In this document: positions 31,344 through 41,240 of the stretch, one piece after another
Numbering within the stretch: position 1 is the stretch's first letter
Layout of the letters: every line of letters starts with the position of its first letter
Origin: Thermoanaerobaculum sp.
Lineage (GTDB): Bacteria > Acidobacteriota > Thermoanaerobaculia > Thermoanaerobaculales > Thermoanaerobaculaceae
Direction of reading: 5' to 3'
Assembly (NCBI GenBank): GCA_039793905.1
Contig: JBAMMG010000010.1
Span: 1 to 62,710 of the forward strand
Length of the DNA: 62,710 nucleotides
Notes under the pieces: generated by a model
What the model saw: the letters and a program-made list of their open reading frames with translations, nothing else
What the model was told of the DNA's origin: nothing
Database searches by the model: none
Position numbers and translations under genes: made by a program

Positions 31344-32462
31344 ATGGGCTTGCGGATCGCTCAGGTTCTCGAAAAGACCTCCCTGGCCACGGGCTCGGTG
31401 CGCCAAATGGTGGAGGCTGCTCGGGAGCTGGCGCGCCGGGGGCACCAGGTGGTGGTGGTGACCCGCCCCGACCCGGTCCTTGCGGCGGAGCTGGTGAACA
31501 CCCCGGTTCACGTTCACCCGTTGCCCCTCCGTCACGAGCTGGACTTTGCTTCCGCCCGCGCCTTTGCCCGCCTGGCTCGGGAATGGCAGCTGCAGGTCGT
31601 CCACGTCCACAAAGGTATCGCCCACGCGGTGGCCCTCGGCGCCACCTACTTGGGGGCCCGCTACGCCTTGTTTGTCAACCGGGGCGTTTCCTTCCCCGTA
31701 GGGTTCTTTTCCCGCTGGAAGTACCGTTCCCCCCGAGTCACCGGGGTGGTGGCGGTGTGCGACGCCATTCGAGAGGTGGTCCTTCGCTCCACCGGCCTCC
31801 CTCCCGAACGGGTGGTGACAGTGTACGCCGGCGTGGATACGGAGCGCTTTCACCCGAACCGAGTGAATGCCAAAAAAGTTCGCCAAGAGCTAGGGATTGC
31901 CCCGGAAGCTCCGGTGGTCGGCCACGTGGGCATTCGCGACTGGAAAGGGTGGCGGGAGCTGGTGGCGGCGTTCGTGGAGGTGCGGGCCCGCGTCCCTGAG
32001 GCCGAGCTGCTGCTCGTGGGGTGCAAAAACGAAAAGCAGCGGCAAGGTGTCCTGGAATACGCGCAAAGCCTCGGCCTGAGGAGCGGCGTCCACGCCACCC
32101 TGGCGCGGTTGGACATGCCTGAGGTCTTGGCCGCCTGCCACGTGGTGGTGGACCCCTCGTGGGCGGGAACCGGAATCACCGGCACCATTCGCGAGGCCAT
32201 GGCCCTGGAAAAGCCGGTGGTAGCTACGGACGTAGGCGGAAACAGGGAGCTGGTCGTGGACGGCGAGTGCGGCCTCCTCATCCCGCCCCGCGACCCCGCC
32301 CTCCTGGCAGCGGCCGTCGTCCGCCTCCTCACCGACCCCGACCTTGCCAAGCGCCTGGGCGAAGCGGCCCGCGCCCGGGTTGTGGCGGGCTTTTCCACCG
32401 CCGTGCGCGGACAACGTTTGCAGCACCTTTACGAGGAAGCCGTGGCGCGACTAGGCCTTTAA
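31344..32462 (+). CDS. Glycosyltransferase family 4
   Basis: GT-B fold motifs: GVDTERF, WKG, EAMALEKPVVATDVGG. Start at ATG 31344 after the hairpin. Confidence 0.88.
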   Translation: MGLRIAQVLEKTSLATGSVRQMVEAARELARRGHQVVVVTRPDPVLAAELVNTPVHVHPLPLRHELDFASARAFARLAREWQLQVVHVHKGIAHAVALGATYLGARYALFVNRGVSFPVGFFSRWKYRSPRVTGVVAVCDAIREVVLRSTGLPPERVVTVYAGVDTERFHPNRVNAKKVRQELGIAPEAPVVGHVGIRDWKGWRELVAAFVEVRARVPEAELLLVGCKNEKQRQGVLEYAQSLGLRSGVHATLARLDMPEVLAACHVVVDPSWAGTGITGTIREAMALEKPVVATDVGGNRELVVDGECGLLIPPRDPALLAAAVVRLLTDPDLAKRLGEAARARVVAGFSTAVRGQRLQHLYEEAVARLGL

Positions 32463-32851
32463 GCCCGCAGGCAAGAAACCCGCACTTCCCGCCGGCGCGG
32501 GCCGTCCAGCTCCAGAAAGAAAACCGCTTGCCACGTGCCCAGCTGCAACTGGCCTTCGCTCACCGGCACCATCACCGAGGAACCGACGAGGCTCGCCAAA
32601 ATGTGGGCGTCGGCGTTCCCCTCCCCATGGGTGAACGGGATCTTGGGCAGCATGGCGCCAAGGGCAGCCAGGATATCCTCGCCTACCGCCGGATCTGCCC
32701 CCTCGTTGATGAGCACGGCAGCGGTGGTGTGGGGTACGAACACGTGGCAAACCCCCTCCTCCACCCCCGAAGCCGCCACCGCCTGGGCCACGAATGCGGT
32801 GATATCCACGAGTTCCCGCCTCCTTGCGGTTTGCAAGTGAATCCTGTCCAT
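32459..32851 (-). CDS. yjbQ: YjbQ/UPF0047 family protein
   Basis: HTTAAVLINE, HGEGNADAH and LGTWQAVFFLELDGPR. Start at ATG 32851 after GGGAGG. Confidence 0.92.
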   Translation of the reverse strand: MDRIHLQTARRRELVDITAFVAQAVAASGVEEGVCHVFVPHTTAAVLINEGADPAVGEDILAALGAMLPKIPFTHGEGNADAHILASLVGSSVMVPVSEGQLQLGTWQAVFFLELDGPRRREVRVSCLRA

Positions 32852-32861
32852 GCGGCCTCCC

Positions 32862-34844
32862 TTAAGGCTGAGCTGGCTGTTCGGGCCAGTAAAGGGCCCG
32901 GTACCCCTGGGCCAGGAGCAAAACCCGGTGCACGTAATCCCAAGTTTCCGGAAGTTCCAGCCGCTCCACGAAAAGCGGCCCCTCCCGTCGGGCTTCCTCC
33001 CAAGCTCCAGCCACCCGGCTTTCCCCGGCGTTGTACGCCGCCAGCGCTGGCTCCCAAGCGCCACCGAAGCGGTCCAAGAGCTTTCGGAGAAGGCGCGCCC
33101 CGGCCCGCAGGTTCGTTTCCGGGTCTTCAAGGCGAGACGCGGAAAGCCCCGCCGTGGCTGGGAGAAGCTGGGCCAAACCTACCGCCCCTTTGGGCGAACG
33201 GGAGCGGGGGTTGAAGGCCGATTCCTGGCGCACCAGGGCCGCCAGAATCCAGACCGGCACACCCGAAGCGTGCGCTGCCGCCTCCAGCTCGCCGCGGTAG
33301 GGAAGGGGCAAGTACTGCCGAAGCAGCTCCCGGGGCAAGCCGTCCCACGGTCCCGTGTAAAGCCGCGGCTCGGCCCGGACCAGAAGCGGGACGGCGTCCA
33401 AGGGCGGAAAGTTCCCGAGCCGAGCAAGACCCAGCCACCCGGACCCAGAGCCGATCCCTGCCTCCAGCTCGGCCCGCCACCCCAAGACCACATCGGCCAC
33501 CCGGCCGGCCTTGAGCCACCAGGAAGCCCACGGTGGGGGCGGGATTTCCGGCAGAGGCTCATGACTCGCCGACCAGCGAAGCGAGGCTCCCGAAAGCCGC
33601 GCCGCCCACTGGGCAGGGAGGTCAGGGTGACCGGAGACCGCCAGCTCCCGCAGAAGGGAAGGGTTGCCCTTGTTCAGCTCTACCCATCCGGCCCAAAAGC
33701 GGGCGAGGCGGGTAAGCCTGGGGCCTCCCACCCCTTCCGGCAAGCTCAAGATTCGGCCCTTGAGGGCAAAGGCCATGAGGGCGCGCCGTGCCACCCAATC
33801 CCAGCGGGGGGGCTTGGTTCCAGCGCTGGCCGCCAAAAGCGCCGGAACCTCGGAAAGCTGCCCTTGCTCCAAGAGAGCTTCGGCACGCAAAAGCTGGAGC
33901 TCGGCCCGGACGGCAGCTTCGGTAACGCTCGGGGCGTGGCGGCAAGCCTCGGCAAGCCGGGCAAAGAGCGCCGAGCGCTGGGAACCCTCGGCGGCCCAAG
34001 CCTTTTGCCGCCAAATCCGGCACAGCAGGAGCGCCCGCTCCGGAGAGCGGGGGGGAAGGCGCTGGGCCCAACTCTCAGCTTGCGGGAGGCGGCGCATACT
34101 CAGGGCCGCTTTGGCCGCCACCTCGGGAGCGTCGGCCCGCACCGCCGCCCGCAGCGCTTGCTCGCCCATTCCGGCGTCGAGAAAAGCTCGGGCGAGGCGG
34201 CGCCATTCGTCGCGGGTAAAGCCGGACGCCACGCTTTCCCACCCTTGAGACGGGAACAGCGCCGGAAAATCTTGGGGAGCTTCCAAAAGTGCAGCCTTCT
34301 TTTGAGACGCGCTCTCCTCGGGCCAAAGGGACGCGCGTAAGGCTCGGACCCGGGCGCGGTTTTTCGGGGTGAATTCCTCCGCTTTGGGCAGGACCCTCCG
34401 GACGTACGGGAGGTCACCCTGGCGCAGCGCCGTCTCGCACGCCGCCAAGAGCACCCTTTCCCGGCTTTCGGGGGTGAGGAAACCGGCCCCTTGCAGCTGG
34501 AGAAAGAAAGCTTCGGGGGGAAGACGGCGGCTTGCGGCTTCTTCCAGCCGGCGGGCTACGACCGCAACTTCTCCCCCTTTGGGCTGCGCCAAGGAAAAAG
34601 CCCGCAGCGCCGAGGCGGGAGAGGCGGCGTCGCAAGCGTAAAGGCCCCAGAGCATGGCGGCCTCCCGCCGCTCCTCCGCCGGGCCCGCCAAAGCCACCGC
34701 CACGAGCGCCTTGGCTTTGCCCGAAGCTCCTCCGGGAGCACCCAGGGCCCCGCCCAGGGTCGGGCCCGAGGGCTTTCGGGTACAGCCGGCGACGCCCAGG
34801 AGGAGGAAAAAGACCCTACAGGCCCAGGGCGTCCGGGTCGCCAT
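32862..34844 (-). CDS. Lipoprotein lytic transglycosylase (helical superhelix + C-terminal SLT domain)
   Basis: Lipobox FFLLLGVAGC; RQESAF, GAVGLAQL, AYNAG and ETWDYV motifs. Start is inferred and overlaps the upstream gene. Confidence 0.82.
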   Translation of the reverse strand: MATRTPWACRVFFLLLGVAGCTRKPSGPTLGGALGAPGGASGKAKALVAVALAGPAEERREAAMLWGLYACDAASPASALRAFSLAQPKGGEVAVVARRLEEAASRRLPPEAFFLQLQGAGFLTPESRERVLLAACETALRQGDLPYVRRVLPKAEEFTPKNRARVRALRASLWPEESASQKKAALLEAPQDFPALFPSQGWESVASGFTRDEWRRLARAFLDAGMGEQALRAAVRADAPEVAAKAALSMRRLPQAESWAQRLPPRSPERALLLCRIWRQKAWAAEGSQRSALFARLAEACRHAPSVTEAAVRAELQLLRAEALLEQGQLSEVPALLAASAGTKPPRWDWVARRALMAFALKGRILSLPEGVGGPRLTRLARFWAGWVELNKGNPSLLRELAVSGHPDLPAQWAARLSGASLRWSASHEPLPEIPPPPWASWWLKAGRVADVVLGWRAELEAGIGSGSGWLGLARLGNFPPLDAVPLLVRAEPRLYTGPWDGLPRELLRQYLPLPYRGELEAAAHASGVPVWILAALVRQESAFNPRSRSPKGAVGLAQLLPATAGLSASRLEDPETNLRAGARLLRKLLDRFGGAWEPALAAYNAGESRVAGAWEEARREGPLFVERLELPETWDYVHRVLLLAQGYRALYWPEQPAQP

Positions 34845-35991
34845 CGGCCAAGGTACGCACCAGCTCCTCGTAAAAGTAATCCGAGACGGCCCGCACCTCC
34901 GCCGGAATGCGTTGCTCGTACATTTCCCGGGAGCGGTCAATTTCCTCCTTGAGGCGGGTGTAAATGTCGCGGTTGGCTTTCCCTTCCTGCACCGCCTGCT
35001 CGTTGTAAAGGCGGATTTCGGAAACCAAAAGCCGCGCGAACCGGCGCGCCTCTTCGTGCTTCTTCTCCTCCTCGGGGGAGCGCGGCGGCGGCACTGGCGC
35101 CACCTCGAACCGCTGGGTGGCCGAGGCGTCCGCCACTGGAGGGCTTGCGGGCTCCGGGGTGGGCGCCGCAAGGGACACGTCCTGGGCGGCCACCTGAGGT
35201 TCGGGAACGGCTTCCGGGGGGCTCACCTCCCCCCGAGGGGCTTCCTGAAGCCCCTCGGTGCCGAAGCTCGGCTCAACCGGGGTTGCGGGGCGCCGGTCCT
35301 CTACCGGTGCTAGGGGCGGGGTAGGTGCCGTGGGGCGCACCGCCAGGGTTTCCAGCTGCAACCCCGCCAGGTACGTGAACAGCTGCACCCACTCCACCGC
35401 CACACCGGCCCCCCCTTCCTCGGCCAAAAGCGCCCCCACCACCTTGCCCCGCAAGGACATGGGGACCAGCAGCACGGCGGCACCCGGATTGCGGAGGAAA
35501 TCCGTGAGCACGGGGTCGTCCTCGGCGCGCAGCAACACCGGCTGCCCCCCAGCCACGGCGGATAAGGCCGGTGAGGCGTCGAGGCTTGCCTGCCAACGGC
35601 GCACCGCCTCGGGTGCGAACCCGGCGCCGCTCCACCCCAGCACCTTGCCGTCGCGGAACACGAGAATGGCCCGGCCCCCGGCGTACGGCGCCAAGGCTTC
35701 GAGCAGCCCCTGGAGGACCTCCGTTTGTGAACGCCCGGCGTCCAACTGGCGTACCGCCGCCAGGTCAAGGGCAGGTTTCGGGGCCTCGGGCGGAGCCACG
35801 AACTCCTCGACCCCAGCAAGGGGGAAAAGGGCTTCGGGGTCGCCGGGGAGGACCAAGTCCACGTCCCCCGCGATGCGGCTCGCCGCCTCCTGGACCTCCC
35901 GCGCCACGGTGTCCAGTTTGGTGCGCAGTAAGTCCATGGCGGCCTCTCGAACCCGCTGCAGGTGTGCCACCAGCGCCTCTTTCCCGGTCAT
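34816..35991 (-). CDS. GAF-like domain protein with Pro-rich linker and C-terminal RomX-like domain
   Basis: GAF-like LLVPMSLRGKVVGALLAE; C-terminal EEARRFARLLVSEIRLYNE...LKEEIDRSREMYEQR...YFYEEL. Start at ATG 35991 after GGAGG. Confidence 0.7.
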   Translation of the reverse strand: MTGKEALVAHLQRVREAAMDLLRTKLDTVAREVQEAASRIAGDVDLVLPGDPEALFPLAGVEEFVAPPEAPKPALDLAAVRQLDAGRSQTEVLQGLLEALAPYAGGRAILVFRDGKVLGWSGAGFAPEAVRRWQASLDASPALSAVAGGQPVLLRAEDDPVLTDFLRNPGAAVLLVPMSLRGKVVGALLAEEGGAGVAVEWVQLFTYLAGLQLETLAVRPTAPTPPLAPVEDRRPATPVEPSFGTEGLQEAPRGEVSPPEAVPEPQVAAQDVSLAAPTPEPASPPVADASATQRFEVAPVPPPRSPEEEKKHEEARRFARLLVSEIRLYNEQAVQEGKANRDIYTRLKEEIDRSREMYEQRIPAEVRAVSDYFYEELVRTLADGDPDALGL

Positions 35992-36019
35992 GGGAACCTC
36001 CTGGCCAAGGGCCTCTTGC

Positions 36020-36082
36020 ATTATTGGCCCGCCGCTTCCCGCTGTCAAGAAACTTGCGAAGGCCCCGGGGCTTTGCTACTTT
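36020..36082. promoter_or_regulatory. Divergent sigma70 promoters
   Basis: Minus strand TTGACA(36043-48)-17-AATAAT(36020-25); plus strand TTGCGA(36054-59)-17-TACTTT(36077-82) with TG extension. Confidence 0.6.
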
Positions 36083-36106
36083 TTTCACGAGAGGAAGGAG
36101 GGGACC

Positions 36107-36865
36107 ATGCGAACCCCAAAACTGGTTTTGGCGTTCACACTCGTGAGCCTCGTGGCTTGCGGCGGCAAGAAAGAGGCCCAGGCACCCAAGGCTAACTTGA
36201 GCGAGCAGCTCGCCAAAGTCAAAGCGCTTCACCAGCAGCACCTGGAAAAGGCGGGAAAACTGCGGGACCTCCGCGGGGAGCTTGCCACGCTGAAGGCGAA
36301 GCCCAAGCTTGACCCGTCCGAAAGTCAGCGCTTGAAGGACCTGGAAGCTCAGGTCAAGGAAGCTTCCAAGGAACTGGACAAGGTTTTCACCGATGACCAA
36401 AACGAGCTGGCGGCGTTTCTCAACGTGGCCCTTAACGACGCCCCGCAAGCCCCCGAAACGTTGGAGGGGCTCAAGATTTACGCCGAGGACAGCATCCTCA
36501 ACGCCAAGGACTACATGAACGAGGCCGGCGACTACCGCAAGGCCGTGGAGCTCTTGGAAACGGCCCAAAGCTACTTTGAAAGCGTCAACGCTCCCGTACC
36601 TCAAGAGCTTAAGTCCCTCCTCGAGGAAGCCCGTGCCTTCCGGTTCATAACCAAGGAGCGCTTCGACAAGGTGGCCAAGGGCATGACCCGGGAGGAGGTG
36701 AAGGCCATCACCGGCACCCCTCTCGCCCTCAACGTGCGGGAGCAGGAGGTCAAGGGCAGGAAGGTCACCGTGTGGCTCTTCCGCAGCGAGGCTGGCGACA
36801 TCGCCTCGTTCTTCTTCGATGACAAGGGCAAGCTTTACAGCAAGGATTGGAAGGCCAGCAAGTAA
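36107..36865 (+). CDS. Lipoprotein with coiled-coil region and C-terminal BamE/SmpA-like domain
   Basis: Lipobox LVACGG; C-terminal [20 protein letters not shown]...VWLF; AGGAGG SD. Confidence 0.7.
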   Translation: MRTPKLVLAFTLVSLVACGGKKEAQAPKANLSEQLAKVKALHQQHLEKAGKLRDLRGELATLKAKPKLDPSESQRLKDLEAQVKEASKELDKVFTDDQNELAAFLNVALNDAPQAPETLEGLKIYAEDSILNAKDYMNEAGDYRKAVELLETAQSYFESVNAPVPQELKSLLEEARAFRFITKERFDKVAKGMTREEVKAITGTPLALNVREQEVKGRKVTVWLFRSEAGDIASFFFDDKGKLYSKDWKASK

Positions 36866-36872
36866 AGCGCCG

Positions 36873-36901
36873 TTGACGGAACCCCCAATCCGCGCTAGCA
36901 T
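36873..36901 (+). promoter_or_regulatory. sigma70 promoter of the rpsU operon
   Basis: TTGACG-17 nt-TAGCAT. Confidence 0.65.
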
Positions 36902-36959
36902 AGTTGCTTGCGCGGCTGCCCCGGCAGCAGTAAGGCGCGGAGAGGGGGTGACGGCTTCG

Positions 36960-37172
36960 ATGCCAACGGTTGTTCATGTTCGCGAGAACGAATCGTTCGA
37001 GCAGGCATTGCGCCGCTTCAAGCGCAAGTGCGAGAAGGCCGGCATCCTCTCGGAAATCAAGAAGCGCCAGCACTACGAAAAACCTTCGGAGCGCCGCAAG
37101 AGGAAGTTGATTCAAGCGCGCAAGAAGCTCCTTCGTAAGCTTGCCCAGCAGAGAAAGGCCGGCTTGCTGTAA
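36960..37172 (+). CDS. rpsU: 30S ribosomal protein S21
   Basis: [12 protein letters not shown] and YEKPSERRK motifs. Confidence 0.97.
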   Translation: MPTVVHVRENESFEQALRRFKRKCEKAGILSEIKKRQHYEKPSERRKRKLIQARKKLLRKLAQQRKAGLL

Positions 37173-37177
37173 TCGGT

Positions 37178-39508
37178 ATGCACCACACTCTGGCTGCGCT
37201 TGAGTGGCAGCAGGTGCTGCAACTCGTGGCGTCGTTTGCCCGCACCGACAGGGGTCGGGAGCTCGTTCTGCAAACGGAACCGGTCTTTGGCCCGTCGAGC
37301 GACGAGGCGTTTTGTCTGGCCTCCGACGTGTGGGGGTTCGTGGAGCGCCAGGGCACCCTGCCCCTCGGCAATTCATCCGGCCTCGAGCTTTTGGCTGCTC
37401 CCTCCGCCGGCTGGAGCCCTCAGGAACTGGCGGAACTTGTGGCCCTGGTGCGCACCGTGGTGACGGTGCGGAGCGCCGTTCTCGCGGCCTCCCCCGGCCC
37501 AGCCCTAGCCAAGCTGGCGGCCAGCCTCCCGGATCTCGGGGGTTTCCTCGCTTGGTGCGAGACGCGCTTGGAAAGCGACGGCCACGTCCCGGACACCGCC
37601 TCCCCTGCCCTGGCCCAGGCCCGTCGCAGCCGGGAAGCGGTGCGCCAAGCGCTGCAACAGGAGCTCGAGCGGTTGACGCGCCTTACCCCCTTCGCTTCCG
37701 GCCCCTACACCGTACGGCGGGACCGCTACTGCCTCCCCATTCCCGCCGGCGAGCGGGGAAAAGTTGCCGGCTTGGTCCTGGACGCCTCGGGGAGCGGCGC
37801 TACGCTTTTTGTCGAGCCTTTCTCCCTGGTGGAGCTCAACAACGCCCTGGCGCAAGCTTCCGCCCTCATCCGGGAAGAGGAGGAGCGCATCCTCGGCGAG
37901 CTGCGCGCGGCTTTCCTGCGCCGCCGCACGGAGCTTTTGGCCGCTGGGGAGACCTTGGCCACCCTCGACGCCTTTCAAGCCCGGGTGCTCTTCGGAAAGA
38001 AAGCCGGGGCACGCCTCCAACCCCCAGGAACCGGCTCGGTGTTTCGCGTGGTGGCGGCCCGTCACCCCTTGCTGGAACCCCATTTGGCCCCCCTCCGCGA
38101 GGCGGTCTTCGGGGAGCCCGGCAACCGGGAACCCGTGGTCCCCACGACCCTTGAGTTCCCACCCGACGTGCGGTTGGTGCTGATTTCCGGCCCAAACGCT
38201 GGCGGCAAGACCGTGGCCCTCAAGACCGTGGGCTTGGTGGCCGTGATGGCGGCAGCGGGGATACCGGTGTTGGCCGAAGAGGGAACCGAGCTTCCCGAGC
38301 TGTCCGGGGTTTTCTGTCACATCGGCGACGAGCAAAACGTCTTGGCCGAGCTTTCCACGTTCCAAGCAGCCATGACCGCCACTGCCGCCCTCCTTGCCCG
38401 CTCCGACCCATCACCCCTGGTGCTGTACGACGAGCTGGGCTCGGGCACTGACCCCGAGGAGGGCCAAGCGTTGGGCGCGGCGCTCCTGGAGGAGCTCGCC
38501 GCCCGCCGCTGGTGGACCCTCGCCACCTCTCACCTTCTGGGCCTTGCCGTTCACGTGGAAAACCTCCCGGGCGCCGCCAACGCCGCCATGGGCTTCGATG
38601 AAGGGAGCGGGCGTCCCACGTACGGCTTGACCCTCGGCACGCCCGGGCGTTCCCGGGGCCTGGCTTTGGCGCGAGCTTGCGGGCTGCCCGAGCGCCTCGT
38701 CCGCCGGGCCGAATCGCTGCTTTCCGGGGCGTACGTTTCTCTGGACCGCTACCTCACCCGCCTCCAGGAGGAAACCGAAAAACTGCGCCAAGCCCGCGAG
38801 GCTTTGACGGCTCGGGAGATGGAGTTGCGGAAAGCCCAAGAGGAGCTCGCGGTCCGCCTTGGCGAGCTGGCCCAGGAGAAAGCGCGGCTTTGCCGAGCGC
38901 TCCAAGACGAGGTCCTCCGCCTCCGTCGTCAGGCCCAGGAGCGCTGGGAAAAGGTGGTGGCCGAGCTCGAAAAAGCCAAAAAGGAAGGGACTTTGCCTGG
39001 CCGGCGGCGGCTGGCCGCCCTTCGCTCCCAAGCCTTGAGCCTCCCCGTTCCGGAAATAGCCCAAGAGCCGGCGCCCGAAGCGTGGCAGCCAGGGGATGGG
39101 GTGGAGGTCCGGGGCTTTTCGGGTCACGGACGCGTTCTCCGGGTCCTCGGGAAGCGCTTGGAGGTGGCCCTCGGCGGCAAGAAGGTGTGGGTGGAGACCG
39201 CAGCCTGTCGGCGTGTCGAGACCCCCACAGCTCAGGCCCACCTCCAGGTGGAGGCGGCGCCCTCGGGGCAGGAGCTGGTGCTTTTGGGCCTTGACCGCGA
39301 AGAGGCCCGGGACAGGTTGGAAAAGTTTTTGGACGCGGCGCTTGTGGCTGGCACCCATCAGGTCCGCATCGTCCATGGCCACGGCAGCGGCGCCCTCCGC
39401 CGCATGGTGTGGGAAGTTTTGCGGGGGCATCCGGCGGTGGTTTCCTTCGCCCACCCGCCCCAGTACCGGGGGGGAACCGGGGTCACGGAAGTGGAGCTGG
39501 GGTCGTGA
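37178..39508 (+). CDS. mutS2: MutS2 family protein with C-terminal Smr domain
   Basis: SGSGATLFVEP, SGPNAGGKT, IGDEQ, DELGSGTDP and IVHGHGSGAL. Confidence 0.92.
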   Translation: MHHTLAALEWQQVLQLVASFARTDRGRELVLQTEPVFGPSSDEAFCLASDVWGFVERQGTLPLGNSSGLELLAAPSAGWSPQELAELVALVRTVVTVRSAVLAASPGPALAKLAASLPDLGGFLAWCETRLESDGHVPDTASPALAQARRSREAVRQALQQELERLTRLTPFASGPYTVRRDRYCLPIPAGERGKVAGLVLDASGSGATLFVEPFSLVELNNALAQASALIREEEERILGELRAAFLRRRTELLAAGETLATLDAFQARVLFGKKAGARLQPPGTGSVFRVVAARHPLLEPHLAPLREAVFGEPGNREPVVPTTLEFPPDVRLVLISGPNAGGKTVALKTVGLVAVMAAAGIPVLAEEGTELPELSGVFCHIGDEQNVLAELSTFQAAMTATAALLARSDPSPLVLYDELGSGTDPEEGQALGAALLEELAARRWWTLATSHLLGLAVHVENLPGAANAAMGFDEGSGRPTYGLTLGTPGRSRGLALARACGLPERLVRRAESLLSGAYVSLDRYLTRLQEETEKLRQAREALTAREMELRKAQEELAVRLGELAQEKARLCRALQDEVLRLRRQAQERWEKVVAELEKAKKEGTLPGRRRLAALRSQALSLPVPEIAQEPAPEAWQPGDGVEVRGFSGHGRVLRVLGKRLEVALGGKKVWVETAACRRVETPTAQAHLQVEAAPSGQELVLLGLDREEARDRLEKFLDAALVAGTHQVRIVHGHGSGALRRMVWEVLRGHPAVVSFAHPPQYRGGTGVTEVELGS

Positions 39509-39512
39509 TCCC

Positions 39513-41231
39513 ATGAGCCGGTACGAGCTTTCCCCGCAGGTCGTGGAGAGGATTCGGCAAGCGGCCGATATCGTGGCGGTGGTCAGCGATACCGTCAGCT
39601 TGCGCAAAGCGGGAAAGGACTTCGTGGGGCTTTGCCCGTTTCACGGGGAACGCACGCCGTCCTTTTACGTTTCCCCGGACAAAGGCACGTTTTACTGCTT
39701 CGGCTGCCGCAAGGGTGGCAGTGTTTTCGATTTCGTCATGGAAACCCAGCACCTCTCGTTCCCCGAAGCCGCCGAGTACCTGGCCAAGCGCTTTGGGGTG
39801 GAGCTGCCCCTGGCCACCGGCGCCAGCCGCCGGCAGGCGGAGCTTTCGGAGCGCATCCTGCAAGCCCTGGAGGAAGCGCAGGCGTTTTTCCTTTCCCACT
39901 TGAGCTGGGATGCACCGCGAGCCTTTTTGGAAAGCCGCGGCGTCACCCTGGCCCAGGCCCAGGAGCTGGGGCTCGGCTTCGCTCCGGGAGGGTGGCGGAA
40001 CCTCGTGGAGCACCTGCAGAAACGAGGCGTTTCCGAGCAGGTCTTGAAAGCCGCCGGGCTGGTGGTTCAGGGAGCCGACGGCCGGCTGTGGGACCGCTTC
40101 CGGGAGCGCGTCACCATCCCCATTCGCACCTTTAGGGGGCAACTGGTGGCCTTCGGGGGAAGAAGCCTCAAGGACGAGCAGCCCAAGTACCTCAACTCCC
40201 CGGAAACCTCGGTTTTTTCCAAATCCACCGTGCTTTTCGGCGGTCCCCAGGCGGCCCAGGCCATGGCTCGCGAAGGCCACGCCATCGTCGTGGAGGGCTA
40301 CTTCGACTGCCTGGCCCTCCACCTTTCGGGCTTCCCTACGGCCGTCGCCACCTTGGGGACGGCTCTTTCGGAAACCCACGCCCGTGACCTCGCCCGCCGG
40401 GTTCAACGGGTTTTTCTCTGCTACGACGGGGATGCCGCCGGCCGGCGGGCCACGGAGGCCGCCTGCGCTACCTTGCTGGCCGCCAACCTCGAGGTGTCCG
40501 TGGTGCTCTTGCCCGAAGGCACCGACCCCGACCTCTTCATCCGACGGCAGGGCCCTGGGGCTTTTTCCCAGCTGCTCGAAAGTGCCGTGAGCCCGGCGGC
40601 GTTCCTGCTTCGGCAGGCGGGTGACTCGCTCCCGGCCCGGCGGCAGCGCCTGGGGGTGGCGCTGGCCATCATCAACCGCTGTCCGGACCCCGGGCGGCGA
40701 TACGCCCTGGTGGAAGAGCTTGCCCGTGGCGCCGGGGTACCGGTGGACCACCTCGAGCCCCTGCACCGACCCCAAGCTGCCTGGGCCCAGCCGGCGGAAG
40801 AGGACCGGATCCCCGCCGGGGAGCTGGCCTTACTGCGGGGAATTTTGGTGGATACGCCCTTGGAGCGGCGCTCGGAGCTTTTAGCCCGCATCCCCGTGGA
40901 GGAGCTCCAGCACCCCCTCTGCCGGCAAGTCCTGGAGGTTCTGGCGAGGTTGGAGGGCGAGGGAATCCCCCTTGAAATTTCCACCCTCAGCACCCACATT
41001 AATGAGCGCGAGGCGCGGCGGCTCGTCGCCGCCCTTGAGTACGAGGCTCCACCCACGACCGAAGGGGGCCTCGAACGAATTTTGAGGGAGCTTTGGGAAC
41101 GACAGAGACGACAGCGGATCGCCGCCCTCACGGAAGACGTTCGGCGAGCAGAACGTGCAGGAGACCGGGACGCGATGCAGCGGGCCTTGGCTGAGATCCA
41201 GGCCGTTTCGCGTCGGACCGGTCCTTTTTAG
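39513..41231 (+). CDS. dnaG: DNA primase
   Basis: CPFH..CFGC zinc finger, KYLNSPET, VEGYFD and YDGDAAG. Start at ATG 39513. Confidence 0.97.
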   Translation: MSRYELSPQVVERIRQAADIVAVVSDTVSLRKAGKDFVGLCPFHGERTPSFYVSPDKGTFYCFGCRKGGSVFDFVMETQHLSFPEAAEYLAKRFGVELPLATGASRRQAELSERILQALEEAQAFFLSHLSWDAPRAFLESRGVTLAQAQELGLGFAPGGWRNLVEHLQKRGVSEQVLKAAGLVVQGADGRLWDRFRERVTIPIRTFRGQLVAFGGRSLKDEQPKYLNSPETSVFSKSTVLFGGPQAAQAMAREGHAIVVEGYFDCLALHLSGFPTAVATLGTALSETHARDLARRVQRVFLCYDGDAAGRRATEAACATLLAANLEVSVVLLPEGTDPDLFIRRQGPGAFSQLLESAVSPAAFLLRQAGDSLPARRQRLGVALAIINRCPDPGRRYALVEELARGAGVPVDHLEPLHRPQAAWAQPAEEDRIPAGELALLRGILVDTPLERRSELLARIPVEELQHPLCRQVLEVLARLEGEGIPLEISTLSTHINEREARRLVAALEYEAPPTTEGGLERILRELWERQRRQRIAALTEDVRRAERAGDRDAMQRALAEIQAVSRRTGPF

Positions 41232-41240
41232 GAGGAAAAG

